NCBI RefSeq assembly: GCF_009914755.1
Contig: NC_060928.1
Origin: the human T2T-CHM13v2.0 reference genome, Homo sapiens
Strand: one strand, 5' to 3'
Length of the DNA: 64,000 nt
Position numbers and translations under genes: made by a program. Positions 1-18,933 of the stretch are shown in pieces; position 1 is the stretch's first letter; each line of letters opens with the position of its first letter. The notes under the pieces were generated by a model, which saw only the letters and a list, made by a program, of their open reading frames with translations, did not search any database and was not told the origin of the DNA.

Positions 1-203
1 ATGTGCAAAAATCAGTAGCATTTCAATTCAAAAATAACATCCAAGCTGAGAACTAAATCAAGCACACAATCCTATTCACAATAGTTATAAAACACATACC
101 TGGGAATATAGCTACTCAGGGAAGTTAAAAATTTCTACAATCAGAATTAAACAACACTGCTGAAGGAAATCAGAGACAACACAAATAAAATTTAAAAAGC
201 ATT

Positions 204-550
<347 letters not shown>

Positions 551-1469
551 TTACAGATTAAATGCTATTCCTATCAAACAGTCAATGTCATTTTTCACAG
601 AATTAGAAAAAAAAAACTATGCTAAAATTTGTATTGAAACAGAAAAAGCCAGAATAGCTAAACAACCCTAGGTAAAAGAACAGAACAAAGCCAGAGACAT
701 CACACTGCCTGACTTCAAACTATACTACACAACTACATTAACCAAAACAGCATGATTCTGCTACAAAAACAAACACACAGACCAATAGAATAAAATAGAA
801 AACCCAGAAATAAGGCCACACACCTACAACTATCTGATCTTCAATAAACCTAACAAAAACCAGCAATGGGGAAAAGACTCCCTATTCAATAAATGGTGCT
901 GGGAAAACTGGCTACCCATATGCAGAAGATTGAAACTGGATCCCTTCCTATCATCATATATAAAAATCAACTCAAGATAATTAAAGACTTAAATGTAAGA
1001 CCTAAAACTATAAAAACTCTAGAAGAAAACCAGGAAATACTCTTCTGGATATAAGCCTTGGAAAAGATTTTATAACAGTCTCCAAAAGCAATTTCAACAA
1101 AAATAAAAATGGACAAGTGGGAACTAATTAAACTAAAAAGCTTCTGCAAAACCAAAGAAACTGTCAACAGAGTAAACAGACAACCTACAGAATGGGAGGA
1201 AATATTTGCAAAGTATGCATCCAACAAAGATCTAATGACACGAATTTGTATGTAACTTAAATAAATCAACAAACAAAAAACAAACAATTCCTTTAAAAAA
1301 TGGGAAAAGGGCATAAGTAGATATTTTTCAAAAGAAGACATACACATGGCCAACAAGTGAATGAAAACATATTCAATATTACTAATCATTAGAAAAATGC
1401 AGTCAAACCCTCAATAAGATACCATATCATACCAGTCAGAATGGCTATTATTAAAAAGTCAAAAAATAG

Positions 1470-1790
<321 letters not shown>

Positions 1791-2479
1791 CTATTGGTGA
1801 CGCTGTGGCAAAAAGGGAATGCTTATACACTGTTGGTGGGAATGTAAATTAGTTTAGTTGCTGTGGAAAGCAGTTTAGACCTCTCTCAAGGAAATTAAAA
1901 CAGAATGACTATTTGACCCAGCAATGTCATTAATGGGTACATAGCCTAAGGAATGTATATCATTTTACCAAAAAGACACATACAGTTGTATGTTCATCAC
2001 AGCACTATTCACGATAGCAAAGACATGGAGTCAACCTAACTGCCCATCAACGGTGTACTAAATGAAGAAAATGTGGTATCTGTACACCATGGAATATTAT
2101 GCAGCCATAAAAAGAAACAAAATCCTGTCCTCTGCAGCAAACATAAATGCACCTGGAGACCACTATCCTAAGCAAACTAGTATAGGAGCAGAAATCCAAG
2201 TGCTGCATGTTCTCACTTATGAGGGAGCTAAACATTGATTATGCATGGACACAAAGATGGGAACATTAGACATGGGGGCCTATTTGGGGATGTGGGAGGA
2301 GGATGGGGGTACAAAGAAACCCTACCTATTGAGTACTATGCTCACTTACCTGGGTGATGAAATCATTTCTACACCAATCCCCCGTGACACACAATTTACT
2401 CATGTAACAAACCTGCACATGTTCCCCTGAACCTAAAAGTTCTAAAGGGGAAAAAAATCATTTAAACTTTGTGAGACAG

Positions 2480-3150
2480 GCTTTTAAACAAGTCAAACAG
2501 TTAAAATGGTGGTTAACAATAATTGCTATGGAGGATAAATTGAGCTTTAAAGTGGAATCTAGATAGCCAAGAGGTAGGATGTCATTTCAAAGACGGTGAG
2601 GATGATTGACCTTCATAAAATAGCATCTGGATAGAAACTTGGAAAAGTTCAAAAACAAAGCCATTTGGATTTCTGAGGTAAGAGTGTTTCAGTTAGAAGA
2701 AATGGTAAATCAGAATTCTCAGGCAGGATGTCCCTGGTTTATTTAATGATGGAGATGAGCAGAGAGGAGTGAGATAGCAGAAAGGTGATGGGAGACGTAG
2801 AATAGGGATTCGTAGGTTATTGTTAGAAGTTTAGCCTTTTCTGTGAAATGGCAAATCATTGGAGTGGGTTGTGGGGCTTTGGGGAGCTTGAAAAGAGTTA
2901 TCTTTCACACTGTGCTATACAACGTTAAGACTATATTTGAAATGTTACTTATCATGTAATGCTTTCATTGTCTCATTAGGTATACACAGTAAAATGATAA
3001 AATACATAGATGAGGGAGATGTCTTTGTTCTCCTTTTTGCAGAGAGGAAATAAAGCTCAGGAAACATATGACACTTATCAAAAATTAGATAGTGACAGAG
3101 CTGGGACCCAGAGCCAACTGTGGTCCATCCTAATCTAGAGAGATTTCCAC
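2480..3150. mobile_element. Degenerate L2 and MIR fragments
   Basis: L2-like purine-rich text, then MIR core-like GAGGAAATAAAGCTCAGG...GTGACAGAGCTGGGACCCAGAGCC. Confidence 0.5.
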
Positions 3151-3169
3151 TATACCTCACAACCATAAA

Positions 3170-3209
3170 GACAGATTCTTTATGGCAGGGTTTTCTTCTT
3201 TTTAGGACA

Positions 3210-3270
<61 letters not shown>

Positions 3271-3380
3271 CACACATTTTCTTTATTTATCCATTCATGG
3301 ACACAGATTGTTTTCATATCTTGTTGCTTATGAATCATGCTGCAATGAACATGGGAGTGCAGATGCGTCTTTGAGATAGA
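3170..3380 (-). mobile_element. Old L1M 3' fragment containing a TA repeat
   Basis: CACATTTTCTTTATTTATCCATTCATGGAC...GCTGCAATGAACATGGGAGTGCAGAT is the antisense of the L1 ORF2 end. Confidence 0.75.
3213..3262. repeat. (TA)25 microsatellite
   Basis: Uninterrupted TA run read directly. Confidence 0.97.
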
Positions 3381-3384
3381 GATC

Positions 3385-4138
3385 TCTGGCCAGGGCTACT
3401 GTCTGTGTAGAGTTTGCAAGATCTCACCATGTCCTTGGATATTATGGCTTCCTTCCACCTCCAAAACATATGCATATTAGGTTGAATGATGTGCCTAAAT
3501 TGTCCAAATAAGAGTGTGCGTGTATGTATGAATGTGTCCTGTGATAAAATAGTATTCTGTCCATGGTTGGCTCTACTTTGCACCCTGAGCTGCTGGGATA
3601 GTATCTGGCCACCTGCAACCTTGAACAGCAGTGAATGTCTTGAAAAATGAATCAATCAATGAATACAAATTATTGTAAAATAAAAAGTGGTGAAGCATAT
3701 GATAGTCATACAAATGTATAGTAATAAATAAAGTGGTACAATTGCTCATCTCGCCCACCATCTTTGTTATTGTTTTTTAACTGTGTGGTGGTTAGAGGTG
3801 CTCCTTAAACTTACACTTTGCAAACATTTATTTCTTAATTCAACCTACCACCACTATGACTACCATCTCTCACTGATTCACCAAAATTGGAGACATAATT
3901 ATTTTGTTTTTATTAATCTATCTTAAATATATGTATACCTTACAGTTATTTCAATGTTTAGTATCAGAAGTGTTTAGGGTCTTTATTTAGTACTTCGACA
4001 ATGTATTTGTGAATAGAAATATGCTGTAGGAAGTAACTCTTGGGTAGATCAATTAACCTATAGTAAAATCGGTTTTGTTACACTTCAATTAAAGTCACAA
4101 TTTTCAGGAACCTATTAATGGTATTACGTGAGGACTTG
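3385..4138 (+). mobile_element. MER6 non-autonomous TcMar-Tigger DNA transposon, left end missing
   Basis: CTGTCTGTGTAGAGTTTGCA...CCCTGAGCTGCTGGGATAG...CCACCTGCAACCTTGAAC segment and terminal GAACCTATT...GTGAGGACTTG resemble the MER6 consensus. Confidence 0.8.
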
Positions 4139-4139
4139 T

Positions 4140-4965
4140 AATATTTTGCTGAGGATTTTTTCATGTATATATAGGTCTGTAATTTTCGTTCATTTGTAGT
4201 GTTCTTGTCTGGCTTTTGTATCAGGGTTATGCCAGCCATTTAAAATGAGTTTGGAAGCATTTCCCACTCTTTATTTTTCAGAAAAGTTCTAAAAGGATGG
4301 ATATTAATTATTTAAATGTTTGGTAAAATTCACCAGCAAAATTATCAAATCTAAATTCTCTTTGTTGGAAGATTTTTTCCATTACTGATTCAACCTCCAT
4401 ACCCATTATTGGTCTGTTTAGAGTTTTAATTACTTCTTGATTTAATCTCAGTAGGATGTTTGCTTCTAGGAATTTATCTGTTTCTCCTAGACTTTCCAGT
4501 TTGTTGATTTATAATGGGTCATAGTTGTCTCTCCTGATCCTTCGCATTTTTATGGTGTCAGTTCTAATGTATTCTCTTCCATATTTAATTTTATTTATTG
4601 AGTCGTTACTCTTTTTATACTTAGTTTAGCTAAAGGTTTTTAAATTTTGTTTGTCTTTACAAAAATCCCACTCTTAGTTTCTTTGCTTTTGCTATTGATA
4701 TTTTAAAGTCAATATTTTGCTTATTTCTGCTTTAAGCTTTGTTATATTCTTCCTTCTGCTAACTTTGAATTAAGTTTTTTCCTCTTCTTCTAGTTCCTTG
4801 ATGTGTAAAATTAGGCTGTTCATTTTAGATCTTTGTTTTTTCTTATTGTAGCTGCTTATCACTATAAACTTCCCTCATAGAACTGCTTTTGCTGCATCCC
4901 ATAATATGTGGTATGCTTTGTTTTAAATTTTTTTTGTTTCAAGGTATTTTCTATTTTTGTTTTGA
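4140..4965 (-). mobile_element. Older L1M ORF2 segment (host element, continues at 9664)
   Basis: T-rich antisense ORF2 text; collinear with 9664-12875. Confidence 0.8.
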
Positions 4966-4972
4966 GTTATTT

Positions 4973-9663
<4,691 letters not shown>

Positions 9664-12600
9664 TCTGAGTTCTTTGATGCATTAGTTGTATTGAAGTATG
9701 TTGTTTAATTTCCACGTATTTGTAAATTTTCAAGTTTACTTTCTGTTATTGATTTCTACTGTCATACAATTTTGGTCAGCAAAGATACTTGATATAATTT
9801 CAATCTTCTTAAATTTAAAACTTGTTTTGTGGCCCATCATATGATCTATCCTGGACAATGTCTTATGTCCACTTGAGAAGAATGTGTACTCTGCTGGGTA
9901 TGTTTTATATAAGTCAGTTAGGTCTATTTGATCTAAAGTGCAATTCAAGTCTAATGTTTCATTGTTAATTTTCTGTTTGTAAATGTATTCATTGTTTAAA
10001 GTGAGGTATTATAGTCTACAATTATTTTACTGTTATTTACTTCCCCCTTAATATCTATTAATATCTGCTTTACCTAATTAGGTATTAAACTGTTGAATGC
10101 ATGTAAGTTTATAATTTTTATATTTTCTTAATGAATGGAGTGCTTTATCATTATATAATGACTTTTAGTCTTATTACAATATTTGACTCAAAATCTATTT
10201 TGTCTAATAGAAATATAGATACCCTTTGTTTCTTTTGATTTTCACTTGCATTAAATATATATATGTTTTATTTCTTCACTTTTAATATATGTGTGTCCTT
10301 AAAGCTAAAGCTCTAGGAAGCATACAGCTTGGTTATATTTTTTAATTTATTCAGTCACGCTGTGTCTTTTTATTATAGAATTTAATACATTTACATTGAA
10401 AGTAAATATTGATGAGTAAAAATTTACTATTGTCCTTTTGTTATAGTTTTAAGGCTATTTTTTAGATTCTTTGGTTTTTATTTTTTCTTCCTTTTTTGCT
10501 CCTTTCCTCTGTAAATCTATGATTTTTTTGCTGGTATACTTTTATTCTTTTCTGTTTATCTTTTGTATATCTTGTACAGGCTTTTGCTTATGGTTACCAT
10601 GAGACTCCATAAAATATCCTATTATTATAATAATATAAATATCCTATTTGAAATTGATAAAAACCTAACTTCAATCACATATGAAAACCACATTTTTATT
10701 CCTTCCCTCTGAAATTTTATGTTTTCAATGTCACAGTTTATTTCTCTTCATATTGTAAATTATTTTAGTAATAATCATTTTAATAGTTTTGGCAGTTAAC
10801 ATTTACTGGCATTATAAGTGATTTACATGCCAGCCACTATTATAGTATTAGGGTAATCTGAATTTAACTGTATACCTATTTTTGCCAGTAAGTTTTATAC
10901 TTTGCCCTGTTTCCATGTTATTAATTAGCATCCTTTCATTTTAGCTTGAATAACGCTCTTTAGCATTTCTTGTAAATCAGGTCTAGTGATTATGAACTTC
11001 CTCAGCTTTTACCTGGGAAAAGTATTTTTCTCTCTTTTTCTGAAGGACAGAAAAGTTTGTCAGGTTAAGTATTGTTTGTTGTTACTTCTATTTTTATTTT
11101 TTTTAGTTTTCAAACTTTGCCTATATTATCTTACTCTCTGCTGGCCTATAAGGTTTTTGCTGAGAATTCTGAATAATCTGATTGGTAGCTTTATGGAGGT
11201 TTCCCTGTATGTGAGGAAACTCTTTTCTAATGTTGCTTTCAAAATTCTCATTGTTGTTGTTATTGTTGTTACAACAGTTTGATTATACTGTATATTGGTG
11301 ATTTGTGTTTATGTGTGTGCGTGTGTGTGTGTGTGTGTTGGGCGGGGGGAGTTTAACATGATTGGAGAATTGTGAGCTTCAAATACCACGATGTACATAT
11401 CTTTCCCAGGTTTCAGAAGTTTTTAGCCATTTTTTAAATAATCTTTTTGCCCCATTCTCCTTCTTTCTTTATCTTCTGGGATTCTTATTATGTGCAGTTT
11501 ACCCCTACCAGTGGTGCACCATAAATATCCTAGGCTTTCTTCATTCCTTTTTATTCTCTCTCTCTCTCTCTCTCGCTCTTTTTTTTTTTTTTCTAACTGG
11601 GTATTTTCAAATAACTTGTCTTTAACTTCACAGATTTTTTCTTCTGCTCAGTCAAGTCTGTTGTTGATGCTCTCTTACTTTTTCATACCATCTATTGTAT
11701 TCTTCAGCTCTATAATTTTTGTTTGTATTTTTATTTCTATACCTTCATTGAACTTATAATTCTGTTTGTGTAAAGTTTTCCGGATTCTTCTTGAGTTGTT
11801 TGTCTGTGTTCTGTTGTAATTCACTGAGCTTCAGACAATTATTTTGTCTTTTATGAAGCAATTTGAAGATTTACATTTCTTTGGCAATGGTTACTGAAAT
11901 ATAATTGTGTCTTTTTTTGGTGTCATGTTGCCTTGATACTTCATGTTCTTTGAAGAGTTGTCTTTCTGTCTTCTCATTTGAAGGAGTCTCATCTCCTAGG
12001 CTTTACTGACTGGCTTTCAGAAAGAAACATCAGAGAAACGTCTTTACCAATCAGCCCAGCTAGAGAATCTGTGGCTCTCAGATGTTCTCTATGATGTTCA
12101 CTCATACACTTCTTGCTCCTTCTTAGGAGGAAGGATTCTTAATATTGTTCTCTTTCTCCCAACCCCACAAAGCCAGGCTCAGTGCAGAGAGACTCACATT
12201 CATTTTCCCTAGGTTAGTGCCCTGAAATACTCTCAGTTATGTCCCTTTTCCCAATACTACAAGGTAACACTGACTGCAAGAAGCTTGCACTCCCCCAAAC
12301 AAGGGGATGTGTTTGAGGAGCTGGACAAGGAGTAGGGGGATGCATAAGCTACATAAATCATTTAGGGTATGTTTGGGTTAGTTGTGTGAGACCTCCCAAG
12401 GGTTCCATAAGTGGGCTTCCTGACAGAGCAGTTGGTAAGATCTGTGGCTTCTGTTCCCTGATCCCAGCCTCTCCCAACCACTCAGCTGCGCTGATCACCT
12501 AATTTATCTGGGTGAGAATAGAAAGAAATGAGTATTGGGGGCAGTGTCCCACATGGCTGAAAGAATTGGGCACTCACTATACTTTCACTCTCCTCTGTGG

Positions 12601-12875
12601 GAGAAATCTCAGGTTGAGGGGGTCTCCCTTGGAATTGAGATGTACCACCTTGGAGAAGGGGTGACCCAGGTAAAATGAAGTTGTTATTCATATCCTTCTC
12701 AGTACATCTGGTCTCAGTCTTTTTTGGTTGTTGTTCTAATGATGTGCTGTAACTTCTTTGCTGGACCTCTAGACTCTCTCAAAGTAACTCTCATTCATGG
12801 TATTGTCAAAATTGATGCTTCTAAAGGTAAGTGATTGTAGAAAGCTCCTATTGTACCATATTGCTGATATCACCT
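9664..12875 (-). mobile_element. Older L1M: endonuclease region, ORF1 and 5'UTR
   Basis: EN-like peptide LDQIDLTDLYKTYPAEYTFFSSGHKTLSRIDHMMGHK; 5' end GGTGATATCAGCAATATGG...AATAGGAGC on the minus strand near 12870. Confidence 0.8.
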
Positions 12876-13498
12876 TAATTTTATTTCTTGATCCATACTT
12901 TGAAAGCTTTTCTTTCTGGAATTTCATACACACTATGCTAGCAACCACTGAAGCTAATGTGATTTTGTTGAGCTAACCATTATCTTCTTTTTTAATATAA
13001 AATTATCTGTGTGAGTGAAAATGTATAGAACAATATCTTCACATTGTCATGAATTGAAACTTCAAGGAAAATATCATTAATGACCCTCTCTAAGGCAGCC
13101 AGATAAAAAGTAACCTCTGTTCACACTTTTTCCCAGCTTCAGAATACAAAAAGTCTGTCTCATAACGCCCTCTGAATTTCAGGCCACACACTCAAATGGA
13201 AACAAGTGTTAAGGACACGGAACACTTTGCCAAGTACCAACACTCCTGCACAACTGATAATTTTGATGCCATCTTTTTTTTTCTTTTGTGTGGCAAACTG
13301 GCTGCTTTAATACTAAATTTCACCCACAACTTTCAAAAGATATTTTGATTGAAATATCTAATGAATATTGAGGCCAGGTTTTTAAAGTTATTTTACTTAT
13401 TATGAAAGTCATATATGATTATTAAAAATTATTTGAAAAACTCAGAAATGTATTTTTTCCCATCAGCATTAGAAAATGTTATGTTTGGATGCTTGCAA

Positions 13499-13500
13499 CA

Positions 13501-13538
<38 letters not shown>
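13499..13538. repeat. (CA)n microsatellite
   Basis: Direct reading. Confidence 0.95.
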
Positions 13539-13539
<1 letters not shown>

Positions 13540-14049
13540 TTTAAAGATACTTTAGGATATCTTAATTTTGTCATTTTTACCCGTCCAAATAATGTTATAA
13601 AAAATGTTTCCACACATAATTTATTAGATTTAAAAAACATGATTTTAAAATATTGTTGTAATATTTAACTATGTACCACTATCAATTAATAATATTATTA
13701 CTGAGAATTTTGGAAATATGCTAGTAGAAAGCAAAATATTTTGAATATTGTATCTTCAATTCTAAATTGCCTTCCAGTTAACTTCTCCAAAATGAAGTCT
13801 ATGAGAATCCTTCTTTCACTATATCCTTGCCTCTAGTATTGAATAGTGTCATTGAAGCTGGCTTTGATCTTCATGCCTGATGGCTGCGGAGCAGTTAGTT
13901 GCTTTATTTAAAATCTCATTTACATTTTAGGTGAGTCAAAAGACAAAGGGGAAGGGGAAACATATCTACTAGCTGAGTCTTCCCACAATGCATGCATTTT
14001 TTTTTCCTACTCATCCTCAACAGAATTTTGTGTCTATTTGTAAAGAAAA

Positions 14050-14230
14050 AGGAAGACTGGGTGTTGAGTAGGCAACTGGAAGTGTCTGCTAGATAGTGAC
14101 TGCACAAAATGAATTCACATCTCGGCTCTGAAATTTGTCAGCTCTGTTTTCATCTGTTTAATCTCAGCTTCTTCATCCATCAAATAAGGCAAATAATAGT
14201 ACCAATATCTTATGATTTTAAAGACAGTTA
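14050..14230. mobile_element. MIR fragment
   Basis: TTAATCTCAGCTTCTTCATCCATCAAATAAGG resembles the MIR core. Confidence 0.5.
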
Positions 14231-14322
14231 GGAGGCTGAGGCAGGAGGATTGCTTAAGCTCAAAAATTTGAGACCGGGCTGGGCAACACAGTGAGAGCAA
14301 AACCATGTCTCTTAAAAAAAAA
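14231..14322 (+). mobile_element. 5'-truncated Alu monomer (FLAM/AluJ-like)
   Basis: GGAGGCTGAGGCAGGAGGATTGCTT...GGGCAACACAGTGAGA + A tail. Confidence 0.8.
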
Positions 14323-15099
14323 TAAGTAAAAAAGAATATTAATTTTACAAATTATTATAAATATTTCTTGGTCATGCATTTAACATTTTGTAGACAGCCA
14401 TGAAATGTTAGCAATTATAACAAAATATTATTATTTTGCTAGTCAGGAGATTTTTAGATATATGATTTTTAAAATAGGAATAATATTATTGAATGTATTT
14501 TACATTTTATCACTATTATTAGGAATATTCATTATGTCTTCTAATTGGTTGTAGGTAGAAAACATAGGAAGACAATTGACTTGTATATTTCTTTATGAAT
14601 TGCCGATTCTAAAATATTTATATTTTCTACATATTTAATGTCTTGCTCCTCTGTCTTTAAATTTTATAGCTTTTTTATCTTTTATTATTATTATTTTGGC
14701 TATTATTACTTTGGCTAATTTTTCTAGGACAATGTTATAATTATGTAGATGAACTTTTGATCTTCCTTCCATATGTATGAGAATGCCAATATATTTTGTC
14801 ATTAGGTAAAATGATTGCTATTAATTTTAAATAAGTGAATTTTAATCATATTAAAGATCATGTTTAATCACTTCAATTAGGAATGAGTGTTTAATTAAAT
14901 AGAATTTCTTAACACCAATTTATCTGCTAGTTTTATGTATTATTTCTTACATCATCTCACATCAAATAAATTTTTCAATCCTAGAATAAATGTTATTCAG
15001 CCTTTGTCCTTTAATTTATTCCTACATATGTGATTTACTGGGCCTTTTAGAAGATGCAATACTACTTAAAATATCTATGATAATATTGCTCAGGATATA

Positions 15100-15330
15100 G
15101 TAAATGCTTACTGTGTAGCCAGCACAAAATGTAAAATATACATTATTTCATTTAATCCTCAGGGCATTTCTACTAAAAAATAAGTACCTCTATCTAGCAG
15201 ATGCTCAAACTGATGTTTTAGAAGTCACATTACTTGATATGGTCAACACTGGCAAAAGGGAGAACTGGGATTTTACCCATATCATTCTGCCACCAAAGTT
15301 CATTGTTTGTAAACACTGGGCTACATTTTA
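15100..15330. mobile_element. MIR
   Basis: ATTATTTCATTTAATCCTCA...CAGATGCTCAAACTGA...AACTGGGATTTTACCC. Confidence 0.55.
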
Positions 15331-16679
15331 TTTTATTAATCACAACAGTAGCTCTCTGTATCATTAGAGGTTTACATGTGTTGAAGGTATATTATTTATT
15401 CATTCTCTCTTGCAAAGGTATAGACCTCTAAGGCCCTTTAGGACTTTGTAACATTTAAGTAGTTAGTACTTGATTAAGCCCTTATTGCATTTTCCCTTTA
15501 TTTGTGTAGACAAATGCATAATGTAAAATGTATACTTAATTAAATTTTATTCTTTTAAGTTTAGTAATGAAATACGTTAGAGCTAAGAATTAACTTGTAA
15601 ATAACTCTTTGCTTACACCAAAGAATTTCAGTATATGTTATTTTCATTGTTATATTATCTTTGACTTAAGAGGAATTAAGAGGTGGGAGAGATAAATTTT
15701 GTTTCGTTTTCAAATAATTTAGTTTTTTTAATATCCCACCTTTGTTTTTTGTTACTTTAAACACAGATATTATAGTCTACATTTTTTTTAATCAGGGGAT
15801 TAATTCAGTTTTATTTTGTGGCTAAATTTGCAATGGGTAATTGACAAGTGTATTTTATGAAAAAATACAGTCATTAATGATATATTTTTAAAGATTATAA
15901 AACGAATTCCAATTCAAGAGACCAATAATAAATTATTGAAATTAAACCGAGGAATGTAGAAGTGAAGTATTAATAAAGACCAAGGTTTGTATTCAATAAC
16001 TAGAAATCAAAAATACCGATTTAATTTATGAATTGGATGCCAAACATAAATTCAGTAAAATGAACACAAATATGATAAAGCCAATTAAGAGGGAAAAATG
16101 CAACTATATAATTGGCAAAATAAATACCATTCCAATTATGAGATAATTTTAAAATGTAAGAGAATAATATATACAAATTCACACTAATTAAATTGAATAC
16201 TTTTATAAATAAATATATTTTTGAAAATTTAAACAGTAAAAACTGACAAAAGAAGAGATGGTTAACTAGATTAAAACAATCAAATATAGTGAATTTTAAC
16301 AATAATCAAAATTCTAGACATAAAAATAAGTAAGTACTGGTCATAATTTTGGATAACGTCTATAAAACTGAGAATACCTACAATAAAGTATGTTAGAAGA
16401 AAAGCTTCTAAATCCCAGTTCATTAAGCCAACATGATTCTAATACGAAAATATCTTAATATTCCTGTAGAGTAAATCACAAATCAGAAAAAAAGCGATAG
16501 TATATAACATACATTATTAGTTACAATTTTTTATGTTTTTGATAATATAGGAATGTGATTCTTGACAATTTAGGAACAATAAGCTTTTAGGTATAAGATA
16601 ATACAGGATATCAATTTTTTTTTGGAGGATCTGATTATTCTGGAAAAACACAAAAGAATGTAGAAACAGATTATTGGCC

Positions 16680-17362
16680 CTTCTGAAAGCAAAAATTTCA
16701 CATTAACCAGGCAAGGAAAACTTTATTCAAGAAGACTGTAATAGAGGAGAGAAGCCAGAAGCAGTCTCAGCTCAATTCAGCTGAGCACAAAGGACTGAGG
16801 AGTTAAGAGCCAGGCCAGCTACCTGTGTTTGCTAACCGGCCTTACCCAAAGGAAAAGTAAACTTTCTCAGATCTTCATCATCAGTGGTAGTTTTACAAAT
16901 TAGAGCGGGGAAATAAAATAAAGTTAGGCTCCTGTCCTGATACAGGAACAGGGAGAGAGGGGTGAGAGGGATGCTATTTTCTTTGATGCTTGCATTACAA
17001 AGAGATGGTTTCTAGGTCTTTGAGAAAGATATTTTTGGAAAGTAACACCCTCAAAAAGTTTAAAAAGTATTTACATCTCCCATGGCTCATGCCTGTAATC
17101 CCGGAACTGTGGGAGGCCGAGGCGTTGTGGATCACTTGAGGTCAGGAGTTCGAGACCAGTCTGGCCAACATGGTGAAACCTTGTCCCTACTAAAAATACA
17201 AAAAAGTAGCCAGGCGTGGTGGTGCGCACCTGTAGTCCCAGCTACTCAGGAGGCTGAGGTAGGAGAATCCCTTGAACCTGGGAGGCAGAGGTTGCAGTGA
17301 GCCGAGATCACCCACTGCACTCCAGCCTGGGTGACAGGGTGAGATTCTATCTCAAAAAAAAA

Positions 17363-17413
<51 letters not shown>

Positions 17414-17550
17414 CACACACATCTCAGTGGGGCAGGAAAAAAGAATTTACAATAACTTTTCAGAAAAAGGAGCTTAGGATATATAGTCAGAAAGAAGACT
17501 GTCTGAAGTTTAGTCAGGCTGAGAGATGCACTAAGCCTTGCGCTGGCCAC
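16680..17550 (-). mobile_element. ERV1-type LTR remnant (MER31-like), split by an Alu
   Basis: AACTTTATTCAAG...CTCAATTCAGCTGA...TTTAGTCAGGCTGAG motifs typical of MER31-class LTRs; assignment from memory. Confidence 0.4.
17080..17420 (+). mobile_element. AluS with A/(TA)/(CA) microsatellite tail
   Basis: Alu lacking the first ~9 nt; flanked by ACATCTC on both sides. Confidence 0.93.
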
Positions 17551-18282
17551 TCCATACAAGAATATAAATAGAAATGGCATATATATTCGATAAAATAGAA
17601 AATATAACAACACGATAGAAAAAGTTTCTTTCACAATAACAGAAGACAAAAGATGGAAATAAACTACATAAGACTTTACACGAAGCTTTTAAACAGAAAT
17701 TTTGTAAGAAGACTAAATATGTTGAGAAAGAATTCCAAATTAGTCTTACTTAAAATAATGTGTCCTAAATCCATGGAAGGGAAAACTCGACTGTATATAA
17801 ATTGCATAAAGCTCAAAAAAGTAATAGAATGAAAGTTAAAATTTCAATGAGATTCAGGCTTGGCAATTGGCTTAATAAGACAAATGTTTACTTTATAAAA
17901 TAAATAGATAAAATGAACAATACATATTTTGAATAAGGAGGTAATTAAAATGTGATTTGTTCTTCCAGTTTTGAAAAAATATTAATAAAATTGCTATGAT
18001 TGAAATACTACTTTAAACACAGAGAGACAGATAAGTAGAGCAGATCAGAAAGTTCTGAAACATATCAATATTTATATAGGACTTTTGTATGTGATAAAGA
18101 TGGCATTGGAAGTTTGTGAAAAAACAGGTTATTACATTAGAGGCATTGTGATGGCTGGTGATCTGCCTTACACTTATTGAAGCCTTTCAGAATAATAAAG
18201 AAATTCAGCATAGTTGTTACATCCAAGTCTTCTCCAAAGTCATATTGAGGTCTGAGAGACTCGGCTTAATATATAACTGAAA

Positions 18283-18336
18283 CGCGAGATCGCGCCACTG
18301 CAGTCCAGCCTGGGCGACAGAGCAAGACTCTGTCTC

Positions 18337-18380
<44 letters not shown>

Positions 18381-18393
18381 TACATACATATAC
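18283..18393 (+). mobile_element. Extremely 5'-truncated young Alu (~55 bp + tail)
   Basis: CGAGATCGCGCCACTGCAGTCCAGCCTGGGCGACAGAGCAAGACTCTGTCTC + ~28 A; TSD ATATAACTGAAA at 18271-18282 and 18394-18405. Confidence 0.92.
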
Positions 18394-18526
18394 ATATAAC
18401 TGAAATGTTGTCTTTACAAGTCTCACTTTCTTTGCAAAATTGGGCATAAAAATAGTTCTTAACTCATTAGATTATTTTAAATATTAAATTAATATATGTT
18501 ATTTGCCACTTATATTCTATGCTTGA

Positions 18527-18933
<407 letters not shown>

